Source: an uncultured Desulfosarcina sp. (lineage in GTDB: Bacteria; Desulfobacterota; Desulfobacteria; Desulfobacterales; Desulfosarcinaceae). From it: a stretch of 64,000 nt of DNA. Positions within the stretch are counted from its first letter, which is position 1. Each line of letters begins with the position of its first letter. Positions 31,596-40,341 of this stretch are shown here, piece by piece. The stretch covers positions 3,200,001 to 3,264,000 of the forward strand of contig CAXXWQ010000004.1 of the NCBI GenBank assembly GCA_963674945.2, written 5' to 3'. The position numbers and the translations under genes were made by a program. The notes under the pieces are model-generated. The model made no database searches. It was not told the DNA's origin and saw only the letters and a program-made list of their open reading frames with translations.

Positions 31596-32512
31596 ACCAT
31601 GGATGATGATAAAAAGGGCAAGAAACAGTGTAATCAAGTGCCAGTCTACAAGGCCCATGATGTCTCTGGTTTTCATTTTTCGACTGCATAATAATATTCC
31701 TGCAATGCCGATCGCTGAGAATTCCCTTGGTATTGAAGAAAAGAACAATACCATGAGTATCGTGATCGCAAAGATCCCTTTTGAAGTTTGCCATTTGTCA
31801 AAGGCCTGCAGGGGTTCTTTTCTGTCGCCGATATATTTCACTTTGCAATAAAGCTTTTGTCGGTATCGCCGCAATATGATCAGATAGCTGGCGAAAAGAG
31901 CCACAAGCGAGGGCGGGCCGCACCAAAATAAGAATTCTGCAAACGCCAGACGACCGGTTTGACCAATCATCATATTCTGAGGGTTTCCGATGATTGTCGC
32001 CGCTGAACCGATATTGCTTGAAACCGCCAGTCCGATAAGAAATGGCAGCGGATTCAGGCCTGCTTCCAACAAAGAAAGGGCCAATATCGGAGTAAATGCA
32101 AAACATACGATGTCATTTGCCAATAGTGCAGATAACAACGCGCTCACGAGCATAGTAATCAACAGAAAAAGGCGAGGATGGGTATAGTAAGGCACTATTT
32201 TTAGCGCAACCCAGGTGTAAAAGCCGCCAAGTCTGAGTTGCGCGGAAATAATCATCAAAGAATAGAGCAATAAAATCGTTGGCAGATTGATCGATCTTAC
32301 AGCCCCTTCAACCGTCACAACGTCGCAAACCACCATGGCAATGGCTCCAAGAAGAGCGATGCCGACTCTGTCAACAATGAGCCCTGGGATTTTTCCAAGA
32401 GCGATGCCCAAATAAGCAAGACAAAAAATAGTAATCGCTAACATATAGATGCCAGATTGTCGTATGTAAGTATTGTCATGCTACCGTCAAGCCCGAATTC
32501 ATGCCAATGATA

Positions 32513-33136
32513 CTATTTTATTGCCAGCGCCAATTCTTTACCTAACTGATATGCCCTGCGAATTGCATTTGTATCTTTTTTGACCTCTGCTTTGTCGAAA
32601 ATTTTGAATACAGAGAGTTCACCAACGATTTCATAACCGAGTGCCATGAGTGGCTTTTTCATCGCCTCTAAAGTGAAGCCCATATCATCGATGGATTCTT
32701 GTTCACATATGGCGGCAAGTACGGCTTTTCGACCTTGATTGGAAAACTGGCTCGACCAGCTTCTTGGTCGGTCATTTTCAAAATTGTAGAAACAATAAAG
32801 GCGGTCGATAAACGCTTTCATCCAGGATGTTACATTGTAGTTATGTGTCGGGCATGACAGGACAAGACCTTTGGCTGAAATTATTTTCTTATAGAGTACG
32901 GACATCCCATCGACCAAACCGGTACATATCTTGTCTTTTCTGCATTTCTCGCATCCAATACATCCCTGAAATTTCACTTTTGTTAAATTTACATAATCAG
33001 TAACAACGTTTTCCCCGATAACGCCGGATATGATATTTTTCAGCAGAATATCTGAATTGCCATTGATTCTTGGACTTCCACTCAGACCGAAAACTTCAAT
33101 ATTCGGCTGCACGTTTGATGTGTCATTCATTAACAT
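32513..33136 (-). CDS. Flavodoxin-family iron-sulfur flavoprotein
   Basis: GSPRINGNS, CIGCEKC....C, PTHNY..TS.MKAFIDR. Confidence 0.9.
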   Translation of the reverse strand: MLMNDTSNVQPNIEVFGLSGSPRINGNSDILLKNIISGVIGENVVTDYVNLTKVKFQGCIGCEKCRKDKICTGLVDGMSVLYKKIISAKGLVLSCPTHNYNVTSWMKAFIDRLYCFYNFENDRPRSWSSQFSNQGRKAVLAAICEQESIDDMGFTLEAMKKPLMALGYEIVGELSVFKIFDKAEVKKDTNAIRRAYQLGKELALAIK

Positions 33137-33188
33137 TTTTCAAGATCCCTCCAGCTATTTCTTTGAAGCAATTTATCTTTTTTCAGTC

Positions 33189-33247
33189 GCAGCACATCAC
33201 GCTCTCCGGCGCGGTAAAGCCACGTCGGAAGCGGCAACTGGTTATGA
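33189..33247 (-). other. Degenerate attC-like site
   Basis: Minus strand TCATAAC CAGTT GCCGCTTCCGACGTGG-CTTTA-CCGCGCCGGAGAGCG TGAT GTGCTGC; hairpin present, right core mutated. Confidence 0.45.
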
Positions 33248-33271
33248 AATCGTGTCTTTTTCCCGTGTTTA

Positions 33272-33925
33272 TCAGCTGCTCCCAGACAGTGCCGATCCGC
33301 TCGAAGGCTTGATTGCAGACATGAAAAATACAGGATAGTCACGAACCGTGCCTGTTGCATCAGACTTGGTGAACACATAGTACTCTTCCCAGCGAATATG
33401 AACCAAGCCGCGGTTTTTCAAAAGCTGCCCCAGGTGATTCTCGTCGAAGCCGCAGTGATATACACCTTCAATGTCGCCATGGAAAGATCCGTCCTCCACA
33501 CACAGGTCGCCAAGACATAAACAACCATCCTGTTTGAGCACGCGGCACAGATCCGTCAAAAAACCGGTGATGTCCTCAATATGATGGAGGACATTGTTCA
33601 TGTAGATCACATCAAATTCCTCGGCATGTAACGAGGCTCCATGAAGATCAGCATGGATGACCCTCATGTTTCGGATATTGTTTCGCGCGATTTTTTCGCG
33701 GAGGATGTCTAACATGGCTTCAGAGGTGTCCATCATCACGAGTGATGCGACATCCTCATACAGGTGCATGCCAACCAGTCCAGAGCCGCAACCGCAGTCC
33801 AGCAGCTTCGACTTCGTTGAAATCGGAACTTTCTTCTTGATCTGCTCGGCAAATTTGAGAGCCATCTCCCTGAGGAGTGGATACGTATCAAACACTCTTG
33901 CTTCTTGTTTAGACCGTTCACTCAT
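33272..33925 (-). CDS. Class I SAM-dependent methyltransferase
   Basis: LLDCGCGSG, MDTSEAML, FDVI...VLHHIED, DL..EDGSFH. Confidence 0.9.
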   Translation of the reverse strand: MSERSKQEARVFDTYPLLREMALKFAEQIKKKVPISTKSKLLDCGCGSGLVGMHLYEDVASLVMMDTSEAMLDILREKIARNNIRNMRVIHADLHGASLHAEEFDVIYMNNVLHHIEDITGFLTDLCRVLKQDGCLCLGDLCVEDGSFHGDIEGVYHCGFDENHLGQLLKNRGLVHIRWEEYYVFTKSDATGTVRDYPVFFMSAIKPSSGSALSGSS

Positions 33926-34023
33926 AGTTCCCCTCTATGCGTTTTCTGAATCTGGTGCTTGCGATAGATACAACGGTGAAGAGGAGCGCCAAGAGAACGG
34001 CTTACAGGATAAGATGCCAAGCC

Positions 34024-34527
34024 TCACCGCGTGTATCCGCAACTTTCTGGTTTGCCTTTCAAATCAAGCTTCAGATAAATAACATCCGGTATCGGATTCT
34101 CGTAGTAAGGTTCCGTGCTCACGAAACCCAATGAGCTGTAAAGATGTAGTGCGGCTTCCAGCCTTGCAAGTGTATCGAGAACCATGGTGGCGTAACCAAG
34201 GCGAACCGCGTCCTGTATGAGCCGGTTGGCGATCCGTTTGCCGATGCCCAAACCTCTGGCCTCGGGGCAGACATACAGCCTCTTCATCTCACATGTGCGG
34301 TTTTCAACCAAATCGATCCTGCGCAATGCACCGCAACCGATAGCCTTCTGCCTTTCGGTGGCAAGAAGAAGTGTGCCTGACGGTGGTGCATACTTTCCAG
34401 GAAGATTTGCCAGCTCTGATTCAAACTGCTGAAAACATAGATCAACACCAAGCTTGGTTTCGTATTCCCGGAAAAGCCTTCGAACCTCGTCGAGCTCTTT
34501 TTGGGTTTTTGCTGGAAAAATGTTCAT
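34024..34527 (-). CDS. GNAT N-acetyltransferase
   Basis: DLCFQ.FE.EL..LPGKY, CEMKRLYV..EARGLGIG, LDTL, LY..LGF. Confidence 0.92.
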   Translation of the reverse strand: MNIFPAKTQKELDEVRRLFREYETKLGVDLCFQQFESELANLPGKYAPPSGTLLLATERQKAIGCGALRRIDLVENRTCEMKRLYVCPEARGLGIGKRIANRLIQDAVRLGYATMVLDTLARLEAALHLYSSLGFVSTEPYYENPIPDVIYLKLDLKGKPESCGYTR

Positions 34528-34592
34528 AATAATTGAGGCTGTCGCTAATTGGGAAGCCGGGTGTGATTACCGAGGTATGGGTAAACTATCCC

Positions 34593-34663
34593 AGCCAACC
34601 GGAAGAAAAGGTTATTCAAGAACGTCCCGGATTTTGCGCCCCCTCTTCAAAATATTGTTGGGC
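34593..34663 (-). other. attC-like site overlapping the 3' end of the SGNH gene
   Basis: Minus strand GCCCAAC ... GAAGAGG/CCTTTTC ... GTTGGCT; 71 bp. Confidence 0.5.
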
Positions 34664-35368
34664 TTTCCGTATTCCGTTTCTCAGAACATCAATCCAAATT
34701 GCGTTCCCTTTTGAGTTTAGGTGAACGCCGTCACCATCGTGATACTTATCATCCATGTTCCCAGAACCATCAATAAGTAAGGGGCCGGCATCCACAAAGA
34801 AGAGACGACTGTCTGTCTTGACGAGTTTTTCGATACTTGTGTTCAACTTCCCTATACGTTGTTGATTTCGGCGTTGCCATTTATCAATCGATTCTTCATC
34901 GACAGGTAGGAGGGCACTCAGAACGATTGGCGTTGTCTTTGGGATTTTTTCAATGATGGTGCGATAGTTTTCAAGTATCTCCTCGTTTGATCGTCGTATC
35001 ATGTCGTTGATACCGATAGCAAGGACGACGACACTTGCCCTTTCGATTGACTTGTAGGCCGAGAGACGCCGAAGCACACCAAGAGTCGTGTCATTTCCGA
35101 TTCCATAATTCACTGAAGGAGAAGCAACTGCTGAAACGCATAAACCTTGCGTTATGCTGTCGCCAATAAAGATGACTGCTCTTTCCGGTACATTTCCGTC
35201 CATACGCCTGTGAAAGTTCAGCATCGTTACGAAGTGCTCGGTGATTTCGGGAGATGCATGTATGCCAAGCTTGCGTTCGGCTCGGTCGATAAAGTCGCTC
35301 CTGAGCAATACGAAAGCCAAGAGAATGTGGATTCCGATCAGGTATGCTGCTGCGATTCTCTTTTTCAT
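34616..35368 (-). CDS. SGNH/GDSL hydrolase with N-terminal anchor
   Basis: FIGDSIT, NYGIG, IGIND, DGVHLN. Confidence 0.9.
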   Translation of the reverse strand: MKKRIAAAYLIGIHILLAFVLLRSDFIDRAERKLGIHASPEITEHFVTMLNFHRRMDGNVPERAVIFIGDSITQGLCVSAVASPSVNYGIGNDTTLGVLRRLSAYKSIERASVVVLAIGINDMIRRSNEEILENYRTIIEKIPKTTPIVLSALLPVDEESIDKWQRRNQQRIGKLNTSIEKLVKTDSRLFFVDAGPLLIDGSGNMDDKYHDGDGVHLNSKGNAIWIDVLRNGIRKAQQYFEEGAQNPGRS

Positions 35369-35370
35369 CT

Positions 35371-35583
35371 CTACCTGCCAAACGAGTTTAACGATATTGC
35401 CACAGAAGAAAACTCACGAAGCAGTTGCTTGTCAACTGTGACGAAAGGGACTTTCAGGTCATTTGCAATCGCGATAAATTCGCAATCATAAGCAGAACAA
35501 TTGCTTGTTGAGGTAAGTCCTAATACTTCATATGATGGAACTTCATATTCTCGCCCCTTCAGTAATTTCATGGCACTATTCAG
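35371..35583 (-). pseudogene. C-terminal fragment of a PIN-domain (VapC-like) protein
   Basis: SAYDCEFIA.A..L.VP.VT.DKQLL; N-terminal acidic motif absent, no antitoxin beside it. Confidence 0.75.
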
Positions 35584-35603
35584 TTGATTCCCAATTTTCG
35601 TGA

Positions 35604-37180
35604 TTATGGATTCACGATGCTGCCAATGAAACCTCCAACATTGATTTTTAACTTCGCGAGCTCCTCTTCGTGTAAATACATCATGTGGCCTGCTTTATAA
35701 TAGTTCAGCTGGATTCGGTCCTGAACGTTTCCGGGAAGTAATAGGTGGTCCATCGTGTATTCGGTGGCGAAAAAAGGGGTTGCCATGTCGAAGATACCGT
35801 TTTCGACCTGCACTCTCAGATGCGGATTTTCAATAAGCACGCGGATCAAATCCCCCTCGACATTCGGAGCACCGGGAAAGAAAGATACCTGCCCTGAATT
35901 GTGTTTCCAGTCCCAGGCCTTACTCGGTTCCGCTGGAAGAACTTTGTAGGTTTTAGAATTTCCAAATTTCAAGTCATGACGAACATAGCTGTTAAATGCC
36001 GATGTAAAGGCACTCCGTATACTTGAAAATGAAGGATCGAACTCCGCATACTCTGTCAACAAATCGTAGGTTTCGCCCATGTAACGGGCATCGAAACGCC
36101 CGATCGTGAATCCGCGGCTTCTTTGGAGTTCTGCCTGAAACTGCGCGAGTTTGACGCGAAGATTGGCTTTTATCAAGTAGTCTTCACTCAGGCCGGTAAA
36201 TCCGGCGAGTTTCTGTGCAATGTCCGCTGTCTCGTTGTCGCTCAGCTTCGAACCCTTCATGAGGGCGGCGGCGTACTCGGTGGATGCAAACCGCCGTGCG
36301 TCATCCAGGACTGTATTCAAATCGTCGGGACGGTCTTCGAGGATATTGTAATACCATGCCGCCGCCGCATACGTCGGAAGGTAAAAAATGTAGGACATGT
36401 CATTGCCGTGATTAAAAGAAACCGTTCCCATATCGAGAATGCTCGAGATCAGGATAATGCCGTTGATAGATATCCCGTCGTTGGACTGCAGATATTTGGC
36501 TAGCGCCACGGAGCGAAACGTTCCGTAGCTCTCACCGATAAGTAATTTCGGCGAATTCCATCGGTTGCTGCGGCTGATATAAATATTGATGAATTGGGCC
36601 AGCGACTTGATGTCCTGATCGACACCCCAGAAATCCTTCCCCTCAGCATCGCCGACCGCACGGCTGAATCCAGTGCCGACTGGATCGATGAAGACGAGAT
36701 CAGCCTTATCAAGCAGTGTACACTCGTTTTCCACAATCCTGTATGGAGCAGGAGGTGTTGCTGCCGCATCGTTTGTTACAACACGCATAGGTCCGAAAGC
36801 ACCTATGTGCAGCCATATTGAAGCCGACCCGGGTCCACCGTTGTATATGAACGCTATGGGTCGCCGGGATAGATCTTTTACATCGTTGCGCGTGTATGCA
36901 GTTGAATAAATCAATGCTGTCGGCAGGTCTTTATCGTCTTTGAGCAAAATGGTCGAAGCAGTCGCTTGGTACGAATCGACTTTCCGTCGATGCGAATTTT
37001 ATGATCAGTAACAGATGTCTCCTCTTTGGGCGCGGGAGCTTCGGGTTTGGTCTTGCTGTCTATATTTTTTGACTTGGGAGAAGCGGTCTCTTTCTCCATC
37101 TCCTGAGCGAAATTCTGTGAAACCCACACAAAAACCAGAAGCAAAGCAATCATGCAACACGACAAGTAACGTTTCATCAT
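35604..37180 (-). pseudogene. Peptidase S10 (serine carboxypeptidase), frameshifted near 36972
   Basis: Signal-peptide ORF 36911-37180 continues in another frame (GKSI | YQATASTILLKD); NGGPGS, GESYG, AGHMMY intact. Confidence 0.85.
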
Positions 37181-37429
37181 CAGACTCCTGTGCCATTAAT
37201 GGCTTTTTAAAGTAACAAAATGGCGTCGTCAAACGCAATGGACTAAATGCGCTAAATGGGGCCGCCCTTTAATGGGCGACCCCATTTTAATGCCTAAAAA
37301 GACGATATTGCCCAATAAAATGGGTTGTTTTATATAACATATGGCATTAATTCAGATAGACTTCCCTTTTTACCTTTCCTTTTACTTTTAATTCAGGGTG
37401 TTAAATCTTGTCCTACTTTAATATATCGA

Positions 37430-37454
37430 CATATACATACAATATATGTATATG
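37430..37454. promoter_or_regulatory. Palindromic operator upstream of brnTA
   Basis: CATATACATA-N5-TATGTATATG perfect inverted repeat overlapping a TATGAT -10-like hexamer. Confidence 0.6.
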
Positions 37455-37462
37455 ATTTAATC

Positions 37463-37716
37463 ATAGACATAACATGGGACTCCAAAAAGCTGAAATCAAT
37501 TTTAGAAAACATGGGATACGCTTCCCCGATGCAGAAATTGTGCTTTATGATCTATTTGCCATGACACTGGAAGATCATGTTGTTGCCGGTGAAAGGCGAT
37601 TTGTGACCGTTGGTTTAGACGCAGTTGGCCGAATAATCGCCGTTGTTTACACATACCGTCCAGATAGCATCCGTTTGATTTCGGCCCGAAAGGCGACACC
37701 AAAGGAAACAATATGA
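37463..37716 (+). pseudogene. BrnT-family toxin, damaged 5' end
   Basis: ITWDSKK and AEINFRKHGIRF lie in different frames across the A5 run 37484-37488; ATA where ATG is expected; GERRF, IRLISARKAT. Confidence 0.75.
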
Positions 37717-37973
37717 AAAAGGAATATGATTTTACAAAGGCCAAAAGAGGTCAGGTTGTTCCGACAAAAGGAAAAACCAGAATTACAATGTACCTTGACA
37801 CGGATATCATTGATGATTTCCGTACACGAGCGGAAAAAGCTGGATATGGGTACCAGACAATGATTAATGAAGCCCTCAGGGAATATCTTACGAAGAGTGG
37901 AAAACCTGTCGACGAAACGGTTCTTCGCCAAGTAATTCGAGAAGAATTGGATCGAGCAGCTAATCATGGATAA
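37713..37973 (+). CDS. BrnA-family antitoxin
   Basis: MKKEYDF, KTRITMYLD.D, GYQTMINEALR. Confidence 0.9.
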   Translation: MKKEYDFTKAKRGQVVPTKGKTRITMYLDTDIIDDFRTRAEKAGYGYQTMINEALREYLTKSGKPVDETVLRQVIREELDRAANHG

Positions 37974-37974
37974 T

Positions 37975-38711
37975 TGGCACCCCTTTTCCCCCATGCGGTC
38001 CAGCCTGTTGAGCAAATTCAGGCACTGCCGAACTGTTTTGCCGGAAGGAGGAATCAAAACTTGGTCCGCCTGTTTAGCAAACTCTGTTTTGGTCAACGGA
38101 TTGAACGCATCTTTAAGATAGGCCAGAAATTTGCCTTTGAACTTTGCGGCAAACGCCGGAACGGGTAATAAGAACTTCTCGTTTGCCGTTACCCACCGGT
38201 CGTCTTTGTTCAAGCCGCCGGCGGTAATGACCAAATGGAGATAGCTATGCGGAAGAAAGTGATCGTCCCAGCTTTGAAATACCATGATGACGCCGGGAAG
38301 TCTGCCCAGCCACCGAAAATCGCCGAGCATCTCCCTGAGCGAATGCCAGGCGGTTTTCATCATAAGCCCGGTGAACAACCGGCGGTTTGCCTCCCATATG
38401 GGGTGAAGGTCGTGACTGACGGTAATCACGCCATGAAAGGATGGGCAGCCCAGCGCCTGAAGTCTGCACCGCTCCAGCCATAGCCGGGTTTCCGTGGCCC
38501 CGCACTGTGGGCATGACCTGTTTTTGCACGAGTTGGGCAGGATCACACGGTAGTCGCCGTTGTGGCAGGCATCGACATGAAATCCCCTTTCAAGTGTCCG
38601 GCAAGTCATGATATTTTAGGCCGCCCGCCACTTTCGGACATCGAGGATGCGGCTTTTCCGGTAAACCTTGAAATGATCGCTGAAAATTCGTTGTAGGATT
38701 CCGGTTGTCAT
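37975..38711 (-). pseudogene. IS91-family transposase relic
   Basis: MTTGILQRIF..., in-frame TAA before NIMTCRT; SCKNRSCPQC zinc motif; decayed H..LH..ITAGG; C-terminus missing. Confidence 0.85.
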
Positions 38712-38926
38712 TTTTCAAACATGTCGGATGTAAATTCCGCCTTGCACTCGTTTAAAAGTTCAAGTGCGTGCTCTTCTCCAAATTGCTCCACCATCTGATT
38801 CCAAATCTCGGAGTTTTGTAATTCTTTCTGAAAGTTCCGGGTAAACAAATCCGATGCCTTTTCGGATAGGCCTTTAGATGACGTTTCCCATCTTCTCAGG
38901 CTACTTCCTGCTGCGCAGCAGCATTC

Positions 38927-38990
38927 GTTCAAAGATTGAGTTGAGACGCGCGCGTTTTTTACGCGTCGATTCTCAAAGGATTTGTTCGGC
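38927..38990 (-). other. attC-like site next to intI
   Basis: Minus strand GCCGAAC AAATCC TTTGAGA ATC GACGCG TAAAAAA CGCGCGCGTC TCAACTC AATC TTTGAAC; right core has T in place of the crossover G. Confidence 0.7.
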
Positions 38991-39043
38991 ACTTCTAATT
39001 GACGCTATAGTCAAAACGCCTAAGAAAGGAAAGTAGTTTTTAT

Positions 39044-39483
39044 ATGAAGAACAAGCCAAAATTATTGGACTATGTAAGACGGGAAATATGTTTGCGACAC
39101 TATTCCATACGAACGGCACAAGCGAATGTATCCTGGATCAGACGATACATCCTGTTTCATCACAAACGACACCCCAAGGAGATGGGAAAAAAGGAAATAG
39201 AGGAATTTTTGTCTCATCTTGCCAAACATCGAAAGGTAGCGGCATCTACTCAAAACCAGGCATTCAACGCCTTGATTTTTTTGTATCGTCAGGTTTTGAA
39301 TTTGGATGTGGGTGATGGTATCAAGGCGCCATTGAAAGAGCACCTTCGTTATGTCAAGAGGCTTCATGATAACGAACTGACCAAAAATTTGGGTCAGGTT
39401 TACCTCCCTTATGCCCTGGCACGGAAATATCCGACGTCAGATCGGCAATGGGCCTGGTAATATGTCTTTCCATCCAAATGGTG
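39044..39483 (+). pseudogene. intI: Integron integrase relic
   Basis: HYSIRT, FH..RHP.EMG, AASTQNQA.NAL.FLY; IntI-specific VYLPYALARKYP; W*YVFPS; internal deletion and C-terminal loss. Confidence 0.9.
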
Positions 39484-39589
39484 AATACCCAAACACGACT
39501 ACCCGTGACTAACCCCAGGGCAACCGCATTTGTCGCACCTTGACACGCATATATATAGAGATATAGTATGCATTAGGAGGCATACAAAT

Positions 39590-39784
39590 ATGCGAACGAC
39601 ACTGAACATTAATGACAAAGCCCTATCCGATGCCATGGCTTTGGCCCCTGGTATGACCAAGACTGAAGTCATCAATGAAGCCTTACGAAAATATGCGCGT
39701 GGTAAGCGTCGAAAGGAAATTCTCAAGCTATGCGGCAAGGTAAAATGGGAAGGTGACCTCAATGCACTTAGGAAACGCATATGA
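39590..39784 (+). CDS. vapB: VapB-family antitoxin
   Basis: MRTTLNIND..L, TKTEVINEALR, WEGDL..LR; SD AGGAGG at 39575. Confidence 0.88.
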   Translation: MRTTLNINDKALSDAMALAPGMTKTEVINEALRKYARGKRRKEILKLCGKVKWEGDLNALRKRI

Positions 39785-40194
39785 TGATACTGGTGGATAC
39801 CTCGGTATGGATTGATTTTTTCAATAGCTACGAAAGCCGGGAAGCCCAAACACTTGCCGAACTGATTGATCAGGAGATGGAGATCGCCACCTGCGGCATT
39901 GTGGCGGCAGAGTTCATGCAAGGCATTCGCGATAAAAAGACCTTAAAAATCCTCGATATGCAATTCAGGGATATGGAATGGTTGACACCGCGCGAACCAG
40001 ACACCTACCTGGAAGCGGCCGCTTTGTTCAGGGCGTTGCGTAGCAGGGGCATTACTATCCGATCGACCATCGATTGCCTGATCGCCCGACTTGCATATGA
40101 AAACAAAGCCTCTTTGCTTTCAAGGGATCGCGATCTGAAAATGATCATCGATTCCGGAATTCTATCTCTTAAAAGCATTTCGAAAACGCTATAG
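39781..40194 (+). CDS. vapC: VapC PIN-domain toxin
   Basis: ILVDTSVWIDFF, E..QG, STIDCLIA, SRDRD; overlaps vapB stop. Confidence 0.92.
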   Translation: MMILVDTSVWIDFFNSYESREAQTLAELIDQEMEIATCGIVAAEFMQGIRDKKTLKILDMQFRDMEWLTPREPDTYLEAAALFRALRSRGITIRSTIDCLIARLAYENKASLLSRDRDLKMIIDSGILSLKSISKTL

Positions 40195-40341
40195 TGCCCA
40201 TCCAAACATGACAACCCTGTGAAAATTTCATTCCCGAATTGACAAAAGGGTTGATTTTATATAGGAAAGCAGGGTTGATAAAAGGTTGTCGTATCGGCAT
40301 CCAACCCTTTTCGAAGGACCCTGCCAAAGGAGCGGTTACGC

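Larger units (their letters stand above)
29815..32444 (-). pseudogene. ArsB/NhaD/CitM-family anion transporter split by an IS
   Basis: N-part 31596-32444 (SALLAND, SNIGSAATIIGNPQN) and C-part 29815-30189 (SNLFSNVPA, STFAGN) rejoin in frame as FIIIHGISQSGY after IS removal. Confidence 0.93.

Noticed and set aside
37647..37974. C-terminal third of the 320-aa IS91-like ORF
   Set aside because: Run-on into the antisense strand of brnA/brnT after the truncation point.
38708..38992. 94-aa ORF as an intact gene
   Set aside because: Its N-terminus (MPNKSFENRRVKNARVSTQ) is simply the translation of the attC-like hairpin; only the distal part looks like a gene remnant.
39532..39538. GTGCGAC on the minus strand as a group II intron 5' end matching the relic at 28.6 kb
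   Set aside because: Only 7 bp, 11 kb away, with no supporting domain I structure or RT gene.
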